A stretch of 64,000 nt of DNA from Candidatus Buchananbacteria bacterium (GCA_041664165.1 JBAYLH010000003.1:3247-67246), one strand, 5' to 3'; shown: positions 30,296 to 40,618, counted from the first letter of the stretch. Program-made: numbers and translations. The notes: generated by a model from the sequence alone, not told the origin.

Positions 30296-30619
30296 ATGCC
30301 ACTTAAACAATTACACGTCGTAAAAAAAATAAAATTTCTGGCATCTAGTATTTTTATCACCAAAAAACAAATAGTCGACGAGGTAGAAAAAAATGCTCAA
30401 AAACATCACCTAATCAATCAGAGGCAAGAAGAAGAAGACGATGCCAGAGTTGACCATGCTCAAAAGGAGCTAAAAAAAGAAAATGAAATAGCAAACTCTA
30501 ACTATTATTCACTAATATTTAAGACCTTAGTAATAAGCGTTTTTGTTAATTTAATTTTTTTAGCCGCTTTGGCGTTAGTTATAATTTTTTTTATAAACAA
30601 AAATAATTACTATGGCTAA
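30296..30619 (+). CDS. Hypothetical protein with C-terminal TM
   Basis: Follows TATAAT; overlaps the next gene by 8 nt. Confidence 0.55.
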   Translation: MPLKQLHVVKKIKFLASSIFITKKQIVDEVEKNAQKHHLINQRQEEEDDARVDHAQKELKKENEIANSNYYSLIFKTLVISVFVNLIFLAALALVIIFFINKNNYYG

Positions 30620-31361
30620 AAAAATAAAAAAATCCCACTTGCTATCAATATTAGTAATTATTTTTTTAATGCTGGCCTGGATTGTATTTGAATTGTCGCT
30701 TGATGACCCCAAAGGAAAGGTGAATGTGGTTAAAAAAATTTATTACCAGACCGTCCGCATTATTATCCCAATTAAACCCGCCATTAGGCTGGCTGTCCCC
30801 TACCACCGCCAGGAACATGCTCTCTCTTGCGAAGTTGCTTCGTTACTGATGGCTTTACAATACCGCGGCGTCAAGATAACTGAAAACGAACTGATTCAAC
30901 AACTACCCGTTTCCGACCCAGGCCCGCGCCAAAAAAACAATACTTGGGGTGATCCGAATTCAGGCTTTGTCGGTAATATCAATGGCACCATGCCCGATAC
31001 CGGCTACGGCGTTTACCAGCAGCCGATTTATGATTTAGCGGCCAAATATCGCCAGGCCAAAATTATTACCGACGGGACAATAACTGACTTAATAACCGAA
31101 TTGGGCAACAATAACCCAATTGTGGTTTGGGGCGTAGTAGTCGGCAGAAACAAAGATATTTCCTGGAAAACGCCGGCCGGCAAAATTATTACGGCGCAAT
31201 TGGACGAACACGCTCGGACTTTAATCGGTTTTACCGGCAAATCGGATAATCCGGAATTAATGATTCTTTTGGATCCGCTTTATGGTGAAATCAGGCTGAA
31301 GGTCGCGGATTTTGTAAAAAATTGGGAACTGATGGGGAAAAAAGCCGTGGTCATTTACTAA
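30612..31361 (+). CDS. C39-like cysteine peptidase (membrane-anchored)
   Basis: VPYHRQ..SCEVASL.M, GDPN.GFVG, EHA..L.G, DPL. Confidence 0.88.
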   Translation: MAKKIKKSHLLSILVIIFLMLAWIVFELSLDDPKGKVNVVKKIYYQTVRIIIPIKPAIRLAVPYHRQEHALSCEVASLLMALQYRGVKITENELIQQLPVSDPGPRQKNNTWGDPNSGFVGNINGTMPDTGYGVYQQPIYDLAAKYRQAKIITDGTITDLITELGNNNPIVVWGVVVGRNKDISWKTPAGKIITAQLDEHARTLIGFTGKSDNPELMILLDPLYGEIRLKVADFVKNWELMGKKAVVIY

Positions 31362-31387
31362 CTATATTTACAATCGATAATAATTTT

Positions 31388-31732
31388 ATGACTAGTATCT
31401 ACGAAAAAATTTTCGGCAAGGTAAAAAACAGTAGCAATTACTCAAACAAAGATAACTATGGCGGCTCCTACAACGCGGCCAGTCTCAGTTCTTCAATGAA
31501 CAAATTCCGAAACGCCGTCTATACCGGGGTGGCCGGAAAAAATTTATCCAAACAAGACGCCGATTTAATCATCGCCGTCATTGAGCCCCACTTAAAAGCT
31601 CTGCCGATCGGCGGCAAGCTGTCTTATTCGACTAAAATGTCAATGCGGGAAAAACTCTATCGGTATGTTTTAGCCGGCAAACTCAGCAAAGAAGACTTTG
31701 AAGACGCCAAACATGTTATTGAATTATTTTAA
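31388..31732 (+). CDS. Hypothetical protein
   Basis: ORF; ATG 31388 is the likelier start. Confidence 0.65.
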   Translation: MTSIYEKIFGKVKNSSNYSNKDNYGGSYNAASLSSSMNKFRNAVYTGVAGKNLSKQDADLIIAVIEPHLKALPIGGKLSYSTKMSMREKLYRYVLAGKLSKEDFEDAKHVIELF

Positions 31733-31749
31733 GCCTAAAATTTTATTTA

Positions 31750-32355
31750 ATGAAAAAATTGATAATTTTATTAGCTACCAGCTTTTTCCTAATTTCCGGC
31801 TGTACGGTTATAAATAACCAAAAAGACGGACTACCGCCAATTAAAACTGCTAACACCTACATTAACGACCAATACAATTTTTCCATTCAGTACCCCGATG
31901 ACCTGGCGCCGACATCAACTTTTCAGGTTTCTTACATTGTTTCCGATGCCTGGAGCTTGCTGGCCAGTCCGACTGGCACTGGCGATAAAATTGTCGCTTT
32001 TGTCGTTTCAGGCTCAAATAATATCACCAGCGCCGAACTGCGAATTGGCGCTAACCGCGACCAAACCGAAGTCAGCAAATGTACTAAGGCGCCGGATTTT
32101 GTCATCCCCAACGTTAAAAATGTTACAATTAACGGCACCAATTTTATCGATTTTGAATGGAACGACGCGGCGATGAGCCACTACAATTTCGTCCGAGCCT
32201 ACCGCACGGTAAAAAATAATGTCTGCATCGCCGTTGAGCTTTTTGTTGCCGGGACTAACCCGCAAGTTTACGACCCACCGGCCACGCCGCCATTTACCCA
32301 AGACTATGCTTTTGCCCAACTCGAAAAAATTCTGCAGACGCTGACTTTTCACTAA
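31750..32355 (+). CDS. Lipoprotein (PsbP-like fold possible)
   Basis: Lipobox ISGC; Y.N.QY.FSIQYP; C-terminal KILQTLTF. Confidence 0.75.
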   Translation: MKKLIILLATSFFLISGCTVINNQKDGLPPIKTANTYINDQYNFSIQYPDDLAPTSTFQVSYIVSDAWSLLASPTGTGDKIVAFVVSGSNNITSAELRIGANRDQTEVSKCTKAPDFVIPNVKNVTINGTNFIDFEWNDAAMSHYNFVRAYRTVKNNVCIAVELFVAGTNPQVYDPPATPPFTQDYAFAQLEKILQTLTFH

Positions 32356-32504
32356 AAAAATTACTTCCCACCCCGGTTATTCGCCGGGGCTTTTGTTTTA
32401 CTGTTTATAATCGCTTTCTAATTTCAGTCCGCCCAAGTCTTTTATTGGTCTATGGCGAGTAACCGGACAAAAAAAAGGATACTCAATTTTTTGAATATCC
32501 TTGA

Positions 32505-32792
32505 CTAAACACCGCTGGACACAGCTTGTCGCTCACTGAAGACTACTCTTTGGCATTCACGACAGCGGTACTCCCTGAATACCAAAACTGTACTCTTGAG
32601 GAATATAACTCCAAAGTCGACTTCCTCATGTTCAGTCACTTCTAATCTCCCCCCACATTTAGGGCACTTCCCACCCTCTACTACCTTCCAATTCCACCTG
32701 GCCCTTCTTTTTACTTCAGACATCGAGAAGCAAAGAAGTAAACCAATGCCAAACAATGCTGCCCCCGACCCTACCCAGATCCAATTTTCCAT
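32505..32792 (-). CDS. Orphan membrane-anchored zinc-ribbon protein
   Basis: N-terminal TM, CPKC...CREC; AGAGGAG SD; TTGACA promoter at 32864-32869; terminator at about 32468-32502. Confidence 0.7.
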   Translation of the reverse strand: MENWIWVGSGAALFGIGLLLCFSMSEVKRRARWNWKVVEGGKCPKCGGRLEVTEHEEVDFGVIFLKSTVLVFREYRCRECQRVVFSERQAVSSGV

Positions 32793-32903
32793 TTCTTGCT
32801 CCTCTCAAAACCGCTCCAAGAGCGGCTGTGGTTTCCTTACTTTTTACTCCGATTCGAATAACTTGTCAATATATATAGCTGGCTATTTTTTTGTTAACTT
32901 TGA

Positions 32904-34280
32904 TTATTCTTTCACCGGCTCGCTGTGAACGACCACTCTTTTAATCGCCGGCTTATGCTGGCGAGCCAAATACTCAATCTGGCTGGAAATATTGTGAGCG
33001 GCTTCCAAAGACAAATCGTTATTGAAACTGGCATGAATGGCGATAAAATAATTTTCACCAAATCGTTTGATGGAAATTTCGTGAAGATTTTTGACCAAAG
33101 GCAAATCATTTTTTATTTTGGCAAACAACCGGTTAATTTCTTCAATTTCGGTTTGGCCGACTGGCTGGCCAATCAGCGTCTTTTCGTCAACTGGCTCGAT
33201 GTGGGTATTAATCGTTACTTCTTCGGCTAATTCTTTTCTGATTTGGTCTTCCAGTTGGCTGGCAATTTCATGGGCTTTTTCAACCGAAAAAGCCTGGCTG
33301 ATTTCTAAATCAAAACTGACATCAAGCTTACCAGCCAAGGATTGAACCGAGATATCGTGAACCGAAACATCATAATTAGCCGCCACCAGCTGGACTTTTT
33401 CCGCAATCGTTTCACTGTCAATTCGCATCGGCTTAACGCTAACTGACAAATCAGCCTGGGGTAAATATTTTTTTACTTCCGCTTCAATATTTTTGATAAT
33501 TTGCTCAACTTTAGCTTGCGGTAATTTCCGGTTGACGCCAACCAATAAATCAATGAAAAGCGCCGATCCGGCCGGCCGGACTCTTAGTTTTTCGATATTC
33601 AAAACTCCGTCAACCTGAATGACGATTCCGGCAATTTTTTCCGCTGTCCCTTCCGGCGCCGCGTCAATTAAAACATCAATGGTTCTTTTGCCTAAGCGCC
33701 AGCCGGCAACAATCACCAAAACGGCCACCGCCAAAGCGGCAATCGCATCAGCGCCATTGACGCCAAAACTAACCAAGGCCAAACCGACTAAAACTACGGC
33801 TGAGCTCCAAATATCGGAGCTGAAATGCAAAGCATCCGCTTCCAAAGCCTGGCTTTTGGTTTGTTTGGCGACTTTAGCTAAAGCCCGAGACCGGGAAAAA
33901 TCGACGACGATGGAAATAACGATAATCGCAAAAGCATACCAAGTCGCTTCGACTTCGACTGATTCAAAAAACAAACGCTTGATGCTTTCGTAAATAATCC
34001 AGCCGCTGGTTAGAAAAAGCAGGCCGGTTTCAATTAAGGCTGAAACGCTTTCGGTTTTAGTGTGGCCGAATTGATGGCGCTCGTCCGCCGGTTTGTCCGA
34101 CACCCGGACGGCAAAATAGGTCAATAACGCCGCGCCTAAATCCAAAGCCGAATGAACGGCTTCCGAAATTATGCCCAAACTCATGGTAACAACACCCACC
34201 ATTAATTTGCCGCCCGTCAAAAACAGGCTGGCAAAAACCGAGCTTAGAGCGACTGATTCTTTTTGGTTAATTTTAGCCAT
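32904..34280 (-). CDS. Cation diffusion facilitator transporter with three C-terminal dimerisation-type domains
   Basis: SEAVHSALD, D.RHQFGH.K.E, ADALHF.SD; repeated AH.I..Q.E...H.EP. Confidence 0.92.
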   Translation of the reverse strand: MAKINQKESVALSSVFASLFLTGGKLMVGVVTMSLGIISEAVHSALDLGAALLTYFAVRVSDKPADERHQFGHTKTESVSALIETGLLFLTSGWIIYESIKRLFFESVEVEATWYAFAIIVISIVVDFSRSRALAKVAKQTKSQALEADALHFSSDIWSSAVVLVGLALVSFGVNGADAIAALAVAVLVIVAGWRLGKRTIDVLIDAAPEGTAEKIAGIVIQVDGVLNIEKLRVRPAGSALFIDLLVGVNRKLPQAKVEQIIKNIEAEVKKYLPQADLSVSVKPMRIDSETIAEKVQLVAANYDVSVHDISVQSLAGKLDVSFDLEISQAFSVEKAHEIASQLEDQIRKELAEEVTINTHIEPVDEKTLIGQPVGQTEIEEINRLFAKIKNDLPLVKNLHEISIKRFGENYFIAIHASFNNDLSLEAAHNISSQIEYLARQHKPAIKRVVVHSEPVKE

Positions 34281-34383
34281 AAATATTATTCTTGTCATTA
34301 TAGCATAACGGCAAAAAACTTAAATAGCCAGCCATTTACTTATTTTTCTTCACTTAAAACTGATAAAACGGTATAATAAACCC

Positions 34384-35643
34384 ATGAAGAAAACCAAAAA
34401 AGAAAATTTATGGCAAAAATTGGGGCCGGGTTTTATCACCGGCGCGTCCGACGACGATCCGTCCGGAATTGCCACTTACACCCAGGTCGGAGCTCAGTTT
34501 GGCTTCGGCCAAATTTGGTCGGTGATTTTTTTATGGCCGTTAATGTCAGCGATTCAAGAAATGGTTGGCCGGATTGGCATGGTGGCTGGCCGCGGCTTGG
34601 TTGGCGTGATTAAAAATACTTATTCAAAATGGGTGGTTTATGTTTTCATTATTCTAATTTTAATCGCCAATACCGTTAATATCGGCGCGGACTTAGGCGC
34701 CATGGCAGCTTCAACGAATTTAATTGTCCCACAAATCCCTTTCCCGGTTTTAGCCATCGGCTATACGGTTTTAATTTTATTTTTAGAAATATTTTTAAGC
34801 TACAAAGTCTATGCCAAAATTTTAAAGTGGCTGGCTCTAAGCCTTTTCAGCTACCTGTTGACTCTGATTATCGTTACCAGCAACTGGGGCGAAATTTTAG
34901 CCCGGGTTTTAGTGCCGACGATTATTTTAAGCAAAGAATTTGTCATTGCTTTAACCGCGGTTTTTGGCACGACCATTTCACCTTATCTTTTTGTCTGGCA
35001 GTCAAACGAGGAAGTTGAGGAAGAAATTTCTTTAGGCCGCAATACGCTTAAAAAAAGGCTTGGCGCCACGGCCAAAGAGATTAAGACCATGCGCCGCGAT
35101 ACTTTGGTTGGCATGGCTTTTTCCCAAATTATCACTTTCTGTATTATCGGCACCGCGGCTAATACTTTTTTTAAAAATGGCATTTTTGACATTCAAAGCA
35201 CCGCCCAGGCGGCTCAAGCCTTAGAACCGCTAGTCGGCCGCTTTGCTTCTTTGGTTTTCAGTATCGGCGTCGTCGGTACCGGCCTTTTAGCCGTACCGGT
35301 TCTTTCCGCTTCCGCCGCTTATGCTTTAGCCGAAGCTTTTGACTGGTCAGAAGGGCTTAACAAAAAATTCCGCCAGGCCCACGGTTTTTATGGCATCATT
35401 ACCATTTCGACTTTGATTGGCTTATTGATAAATTTTGTCGGCCTTAACCCGATTAAAGCCTTGTTTTGGTCAGCGGTTTTAAATGGCTTAGTCACTCCCC
35501 CGCTTTTAGCCATAATTTTAAAAACCGCCAATAATCCGAAAGTGATGGGAAAGCTAACCAATAAAAATTTAGCCAATATTTTAGGCTATGTTACTCTCAT
35601 CTGCACTACCGCTTGTGCGATTTTAATTTTTGTCCTAAATTGA
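34384..35643 (+). CDS. NRAMP-family divalent metal transporter
   Basis: GPGFITGASDDDPSGIATY, GTTISPY. Confidence 0.92.
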   Translation: MKKTKKENLWQKLGPGFITGASDDDPSGIATYTQVGAQFGFGQIWSVIFLWPLMSAIQEMVGRIGMVAGRGLVGVIKNTYSKWVVYVFIILILIANTVNIGADLGAMAASTNLIVPQIPFPVLAIGYTVLILFLEIFLSYKVYAKILKWLALSLFSYLLTLIIVTSNWGEILARVLVPTIILSKEFVIALTAVFGTTISPYLFVWQSNEEVEEEISLGRNTLKKRLGATAKEIKTMRRDTLVGMAFSQIITFCIIGTAANTFFKNGIFDIQSTAQAAQALEPLVGRFASLVFSIGVVGTGLLAVPVLSASAAYALAEAFDWSEGLNKKFRQAHGFYGIITISTLIGLLINFVGLNPIKALFWSAVLNGLVTPPLLAIILKTANNPKVMGKLTNKNLANILGYVTLICTTACAILIFVLN

Positions 35644-35650
35644 AAAAACG

Positions 35651-35881
35651 ATGATTATAAAAATTCTGGGCTCCGGCTGCCCCAATTGTAAAAAACTAGA
35701 AGCCAATACCGAAAAAGCTTTGGCTAATTTGGGTCTTGTCGCCAAAATCGAAAAAGTCACCGACTTTGCAGAAATTATGGCCTATGGCGTATTAGGGTTA
35801 CCGGCCATAGTTATTGACGAGGAATTAAAATCTTTCGGCCGGGTTTTGAAAACCGAAGAAATTGAAAAAATCATCAAATAG
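35651..35881 (+). CDS. Small thioredoxin-like redox protein (Thioredoxin_3)
   Basis: IKILGSGCPNC...YGV..P. Confidence 0.92.
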   Translation: MIIKILGSGCPNCKKLEANTEKALANLGLVAKIEKVTDFAEIMAYGVLGLPAIVIDEELKSFGRVLKTEEIEKIIK

Positions 35882-35883
35882 CT

Positions 35884-36837
35884 ATGCTGCAAAATTTTAG
35901 CCATTACTTAACTTACCAAATTCTAGGAATAAAAAATGCGCTTTTGGCCGAAAGCGTAAATTTTTTTATAGCTGACAGCATCAAAATCATCGCTTTGCTT
36001 ATTATTATTACCCAGCTAATGAGCTTGGTTCGCTATTATTTGCCAATTCAAAAACTAAAAAACTTTTTAACGAGTAAAAAACTTTACGGCTTGGATTATT
36101 TTTTGGCGGCGATTTTCGGGGCGATTACCCCATTTTGCACCTGTTCTTCAATCCCGATTTTTATCGGTTTTTTACAGGCTCAAATTCCGCTCGGGGTAAC
36201 TTTTGCCTTCTTGATAACTTCGCCCCTGGTCAACGAAGTGGCCGTGATAATGCTTTTCGGCATCTTCGGTCTGAAAGTAGCCATTATCTACGCAGCGGCG
36301 GGCATTTTAATCGGCGTGATTGGCGGCTATTTATTGGGTCGGCTCAAAATGGAAAAGTACGTAGCGGCATATATCAGCCAGCCGAAAAACCAGCCGGAAA
36401 ATATTACAAAAGAAAACTTAAAATTCAAAAAAGTTTTAGTGATTACTAGTGCCGAAGCCTTTGGGATTATTAAACAAGTAGTTCCTTATCTATTAATCGG
36501 CATTGCTTTGGGAGCGGCAATTCACGGCTTCGTGCCTCAAGGCTTTTTTGAAAAATATATTACCAAGCAAAACATCTTTGCCGTTCCCTTGGCCGTAATT
36601 TTCGGCGTTCCTTTGTATTCTAACGCCACCGGCGTAATCCCGATTATTCAAGCCTTGGTTGCCAAAGGCATACCTTTGGGTACGGCTTTGGCTTTTATGA
36701 TGGCCACTGTTGGCTTGTCTTTGCCGGAAGCCTTGATTTTAAAAAAAGTGATAAAATTACCGCTCCTATTGGCTTTTTTCGGCTTAGTCAGCGGCGGCAT
36801 AATCTTACTCGGCTATTTCTTTAATTTTATCTTTTAA
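35884..36837 (+). CDS. ArsP/DUF318 permease
   Basis: TPFCTCSSIP, FLITSPLVNE, GVPLYSN, GLSLPE. Confidence 0.92.
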   Translation: MLQNFSHYLTYQILGIKNALLAESVNFFIADSIKIIALLIIITQLMSLVRYYLPIQKLKNFLTSKKLYGLDYFLAAIFGAITPFCTCSSIPIFIGFLQAQIPLGVTFAFLITSPLVNEVAVIMLFGIFGLKVAIIYAAAGILIGVIGGYLLGRLKMEKYVAAYISQPKNQPENITKENLKFKKVLVITSAEAFGIIKQVVPYLLIGIALGAAIHGFVPQGFFEKYITKQNIFAVPLAVIFGVPLYSNATGVIPIIQALVAKGIPLGTALAFMMATVGLSLPEALILKKVIKLPLLLAFFGLVSGGIILLGYFFNFIF

Positions 36838-36866
36838 ATTTCCTTAAACCATGATAAAATACTCTC

Positions 36867-37799
36867 ATGCTATTCAGTTTCATTATTATCATTTTAGGCC
36901 TCTGTCTTTTTGAAATAATCAGCAGCGTTGACAATGCCGTCATCAATGCCCATGTCTTGAAGACAATGCCGGAAAAATACCGCAAGATTTTTTTATTTTG
37001 GGGCATTTTATTTGCTGTCTTTATCGTCCGCGGCATTTTGCCTTTTGTAATTGTCTGGATTGCCAATCCTCAGCTTTCGATAATTGAGGTTTTCACTTTT
37101 GCCTTTTCTTCCGGCAAAGAAATAGAAGCTTACGTTGAACAATCAAAACCGCTGCTGCTTTTGGGCGGCGGCATTTACCTATTTTTTGTCTTTTTGGCCT
37201 GGCTGTTTTTGGAAGAAAAAAAATACGCTTTTTTGGCGGAAAATTTCATCCACCGCCAGGGTATCTGGTTTTACGCGATTTCTTCAATCACTCTGACGAC
37301 GATTATCTTTTTAAGCTTGAAAGAAAATCCCTTCTTGGCGCTTTCGGCTTCGATTGGCGCCACGGCTTTCTTTATTACCGACGGTTTCAAAAAAAACGCC
37401 GAGGATCAGGAAAAAAAGCTGCTTGATCCGAATAACAAGCTGAGTGCCTGGAGCAAAATTTTATATTTGGAAATTTTAGACGCTTCCTTTTCGATTGACG
37501 GCGTCATTGGCGCTTTTGCCTTTACCATTTCCGTGCCGTTGATTCTTTTGGGTAATGGCTTGGGCGCCGTGGTGGTTCGGCAATTAACGGTTAAAGGCAT
37601 TGATCAAATTGCTAAATTCGCTTTTTTGAAAAACGGCGCCATGTACGCTATCGGCGTTTTGGGCGGGATTATGATTTTGGAAAGTTTCGGCCGCGAATAT
37701 CCTTTCTGGCTGGCGCCGGTAACCACGACCGGACTTTTGGCTTTCTTTTTGTATATCTCCCTCAAAGAAATGAAAAAAAATCCAGCCAACAATAGCTAA
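36867..37799 (+). CDS. DUF475 (TerC-related) membrane protein
   Basis: SSVDNAVINA, LYLEILDASFSIDGVIGAFA. Confidence 0.9.
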   Translation: MLFSFIIIILGLCLFEIISSVDNAVINAHVLKTMPEKYRKIFLFWGILFAVFIVRGILPFVIVWIANPQLSIIEVFTFAFSSGKEIEAYVEQSKPLLLLGGGIYLFFVFLAWLFLEEKKYAFLAENFIHRQGIWFYAISSITLTTIIFLSLKENPFLALSASIGATAFFITDGFKKNAEDQEKKLLDPNNKLSAWSKILYLEILDASFSIDGVIGAFAFTISVPLILLGNGLGAVVVRQLTVKGIDQIAKFAFLKNGAMYAIGVLGGIMILESFGREYPFWLAPVTTTGLLAFFLYISLKEMKKNPANNS

Positions 37800-37888
37800 G
37801 GGGGAATAAATAACACTCTGTAAAAAAAATCCGGGGGATACCATTTCCGCCGGTTTTTTGGTAAAATTATAGAAAAGCCGGACTAATT

Positions 37889-39928
37889 ATGAATAAAGTC
37901 ATTAACTTTTTAAAACAAAAAAAACTGGCCTCAATCCTAATAATTTTGGTTTCGGCCGTTTTGGCTTACTCTAATATTTTTGGCAATGATTTTGTCTGGG
38001 ACGACCCGGATTTTTACCAAAACTGGCCGGCCCTTTACAGTTTTGATAATGCCGGGCAGCTTTTAGCGGGCGAAACGCCGCTGCAGCACCAAGGAGTCTT
38101 TCGGCCGCTGCGCAGCATTATCCAACTAGTCTTATTTCAGCTATTCGGGCCGAATAGCACCTGGCCTTATCACCTGATTTCTCTTTTAATCCATCTTGCC
38201 GGTATTATTGCCGTTTACTTGATTATTGAAATCATCACTAAAAAACGCACCATCGCCTTTCTGACGGCCTGGTTTTTTGCCCTTCATCCCCTGCACACCG
38301 AAGCGATCAGCTATATCACCACCAGTATTGACGTCGCCGGCGCGGCTATGATGCTTTGGTCGCTTTATTTCTATTTAGCTTTCCGTTTTTTGGCCCGACC
38401 TAAAATTTATTTTTTCAGTTCAATAATTCTGGCTTGGCTTTCTTTTTTCACTTACGAAATAACTTTGATTTTGCCGCTATTGATTTTACTGATTGAGTGG
38501 TATAAAGCCGGCTTTAATTACCAGATAATTTTTACCAAAATCAAAACCCTTTGGCTTTTTTGGCTGGGCATTTTAGCTTACATTTTTACCCGCTTGTCTT
38601 TGCATATCGGCGGGCGGCTTTTAGCTTCGGATCCAACCCAAAATTCTTTACCCGTCAGGCTGTTAACGATGGGTAAAGCGATTGTCAAATACATTTATCT
38701 GCTGATAATCCCCTGGCCGCTGAATGTTTACCATAAAATTGACGCCAGTTTTTCCTTGGCCGAACCAAAAGTCTTACTAGCCTGGCTGCTAATCTTGGCA
38801 ATAGCGGCCGTAACAATTTTAAACGCCAAAAAATTAAAACTGGCCTGTGTCGCCCTGCTTTGGTTTTTTGTTTGCCTACTGCCGGTATCCAATGTCTTTC
38901 CGACCGGAACTATAATGGCGGAAAAATATATCTATCTGGCTTCGGTCAGCATTTGCCTGCTATTGGCTTTACTGATTGATTATTTAATCAGTCGGCCGAA
39001 AGTTGTTTGGCAGGTCGTTGGCTTAATTACGGCATTAATTATTGCCGGGTTTTACGGCGCGGCGACTTACGCCAGAAATTTTGACTGGCGGGATAATATC
39101 ACGCTTTGGCAAAAAACTTTATTAGTCCGGCCGGACTATGGCCGGGTTTATAATAATTTAGGCTTCAGCTATTACTTAAAAAAAGATTACCAAAAGGCTT
39201 TGGCTAACTTTTTGCAGGCGGAAAAGCTCGAACCGAACCTGCCCTTAATCTACCATAATTTGGGTAATACCTATGACGAACTCGGCCAAAGCCAGGAAGC
39301 GATTGGCAGCTACCTTGAGGCGATTAAAATTGACAAGGAAAATACTTTTTATAACTACGCGGAAACTTACAATAACCTCGGAACGGTTTACCAAAAAATC
39401 GGCGAATACCAAAAAGCCGAAGAAAGCTATCAAAAGGCAATCACGGCCGACGAAAGCTATTTCCGCGCTGATTCCAACTTGGGTTTTATTTCTTTATTAG
39501 CTAAAGATTATAGCCAAGCCAAAGAATTTTTTGAAAAAGCCCTGGCGATTAATTCTAACTTTGCCCCCGCCTGGCACGGTTTGGCTGTTACCGATTTTAA
39601 TTTAGGCCAAACCCAAGAAGCCGTTGACAGCTACCTTAAATCAATCGAGCTCGGCCCGGACATAATCGATAATTATAGCCACTTGGCTTCAATTTATATG
39701 CAAAATGGCCAAACCCAAAAAGCCGTTGAAATCCTGGAAAAAGGCGCGGCCAATAATCCTCAAAACGCCGAAATCCAAACTAACTTGGCGATTATTTTAG
39801 CCAACAGCGGCCAGCTGGAAAAAGCCGTGGCGGGTTTAAAAAAAGCCTTAACCATTAACCCTAATTATTTACCGGCTCAAAAGACTCTGGCCGAGATTTT
39901 AAAAAAAATTAACGCCATAAAAAACTAA
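37889..39928 (+). CDS. TMTC-like GT-C glycosyltransferase with C-terminal TPRs
   Basis: FVWDD, FRPL, FALHPLHTEA, AEKYIY, RN.DW..N.TLW, multiple TPRs. Confidence 0.88.
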   Translation: MNKVINFLKQKKLASILIILVSAVLAYSNIFGNDFVWDDPDFYQNWPALYSFDNAGQLLAGETPLQHQGVFRPLRSIIQLVLFQLFGPNSTWPYHLISLLIHLAGIIAVYLIIEIITKKRTIAFLTAWFFALHPLHTEAISYITTSIDVAGAAMMLWSLYFYLAFRFLARPKIYFFSSIILAWLSFFTYEITLILPLLILLIEWYKAGFNYQIIFTKIKTLWLFWLGILAYIFTRLSLHIGGRLLASDPTQNSLPVRLLTMGKAIVKYIYLLIIPWPLNVYHKIDASFSLAEPKVLLAWLLILAIAAVTILNAKKLKLACVALLWFFVCLLPVSNVFPTGTIMAEKYIYLASVSICLLLALLIDYLISRPKVVWQVVGLITALIIAGFYGAATYARNFDWRDNITLWQKTLLVRPDYGRVYNNLGFSYYLKKDYQKALANFLQAEKLEPNLPLIYHNLGNTYDELGQSQEAIGSYLEAIKIDKENTFYNYAETYNNLGTVYQKIGEYQKAEESYQKAITADESYFRADSNLGFISLLAKDYSQAKEFFEKALAINSNFAPAWHGLAVTDFNLGQTQEAVDSYLKSIELGPDIIDNYSHLASIYMQNGQTQKAVEILEKGAANNPQNAEIQTNLAIILANSGQLEKAVAGLKKALTINPNYLPAQKTLAEILKKINAIKN

Positions 39929-39966
39929 TTTTAATTTTGATAGCTTAAAAAATTACCTTTAAACTT

Positions 39967-40374
39967 ATGGCTGGCTTAGTCTATCTTTTCTCTCTAATTT
40001 ACACGGCGATTGCTAATACCGCCGGTTTAAGCCTCAATTCTGAAATCGACTTATTTTTAAACACCGCTTTGACTCTCAACCGATGGCTCTTTTTTATCGT
40101 TTTAGACTTGGCCGCGGCGATTTTTTTAGTCGGCATAATTATTACCGTTATCAGCATCGCCCGCGGCAACAAAAAATTCATCTGGGATAAATTCAGCTTC
40201 GGTTTTTCCTGCACGACCTGCCTGACTTTGCCTTTGCTTTTTTTACCCGTGGCTCAGGGTTTGGTTTATTGGGCTAATTTTTTGATGGCTAATTCTTTTT
40301 CAGCGGCAGGCATAATTGATCCGTTTAAATTTTGGTTTGGCCTGGTTTTGACGGTCTTGCTGATTTGGGGCTAG
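39967..40374 (+). CDS. Hypothetical membrane protein
   Basis: Hydrophobic 135-aa ORF. Confidence 0.65.
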   Translation: MAGLVYLFSLIYTAIANTAGLSLNSEIDLFLNTALTLNRWLFFIVLDLAAAIFLVGIIITVISIARGNKKFIWDKFSFGFSCTTCLTLPLLFLPVAQGLVYWANFLMANSFSAAGIIDPFKFWFGLVLTVLLIWG

Positions 40375-40384
40375 ATAGTCTTGT

Positions 40385-40512
40385 CGGAGACCAACACTTG
40401 TGTTGGCGCTAAACTAATATTACAAAAACCAGTTTTACTCGCCGGGCTGCGTCGCGGAGACCAACACTTGTGTTGATGCTAAGTTAGTATTGCAAAACCA
40501 GTTTTACTCGCC
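40385..40512. repeat. Tandem duplication of a ~59-bp unit with palindromic core CCAACACTTGTGTTGG
   Basis: Copies at 40385-40443 and 40455-40512. Confidence 0.85.
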
Positions 40513-40618
40513 ATGACAGGTGCGGGGTAAAGAAAAAGCGGACCAATCACCTTTCTAGCAATGCTTGCGCATAACTAGGGTGATCGGTCCGCTTGTATTT
40601 TCGGCTCTTCCGCGCCGG

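Noticed and set aside
40385-40512. Mini CRISPR array
   Set aside because: Only two units, the would-be spacers are homologous to each other, and there are no cas genes in the window.
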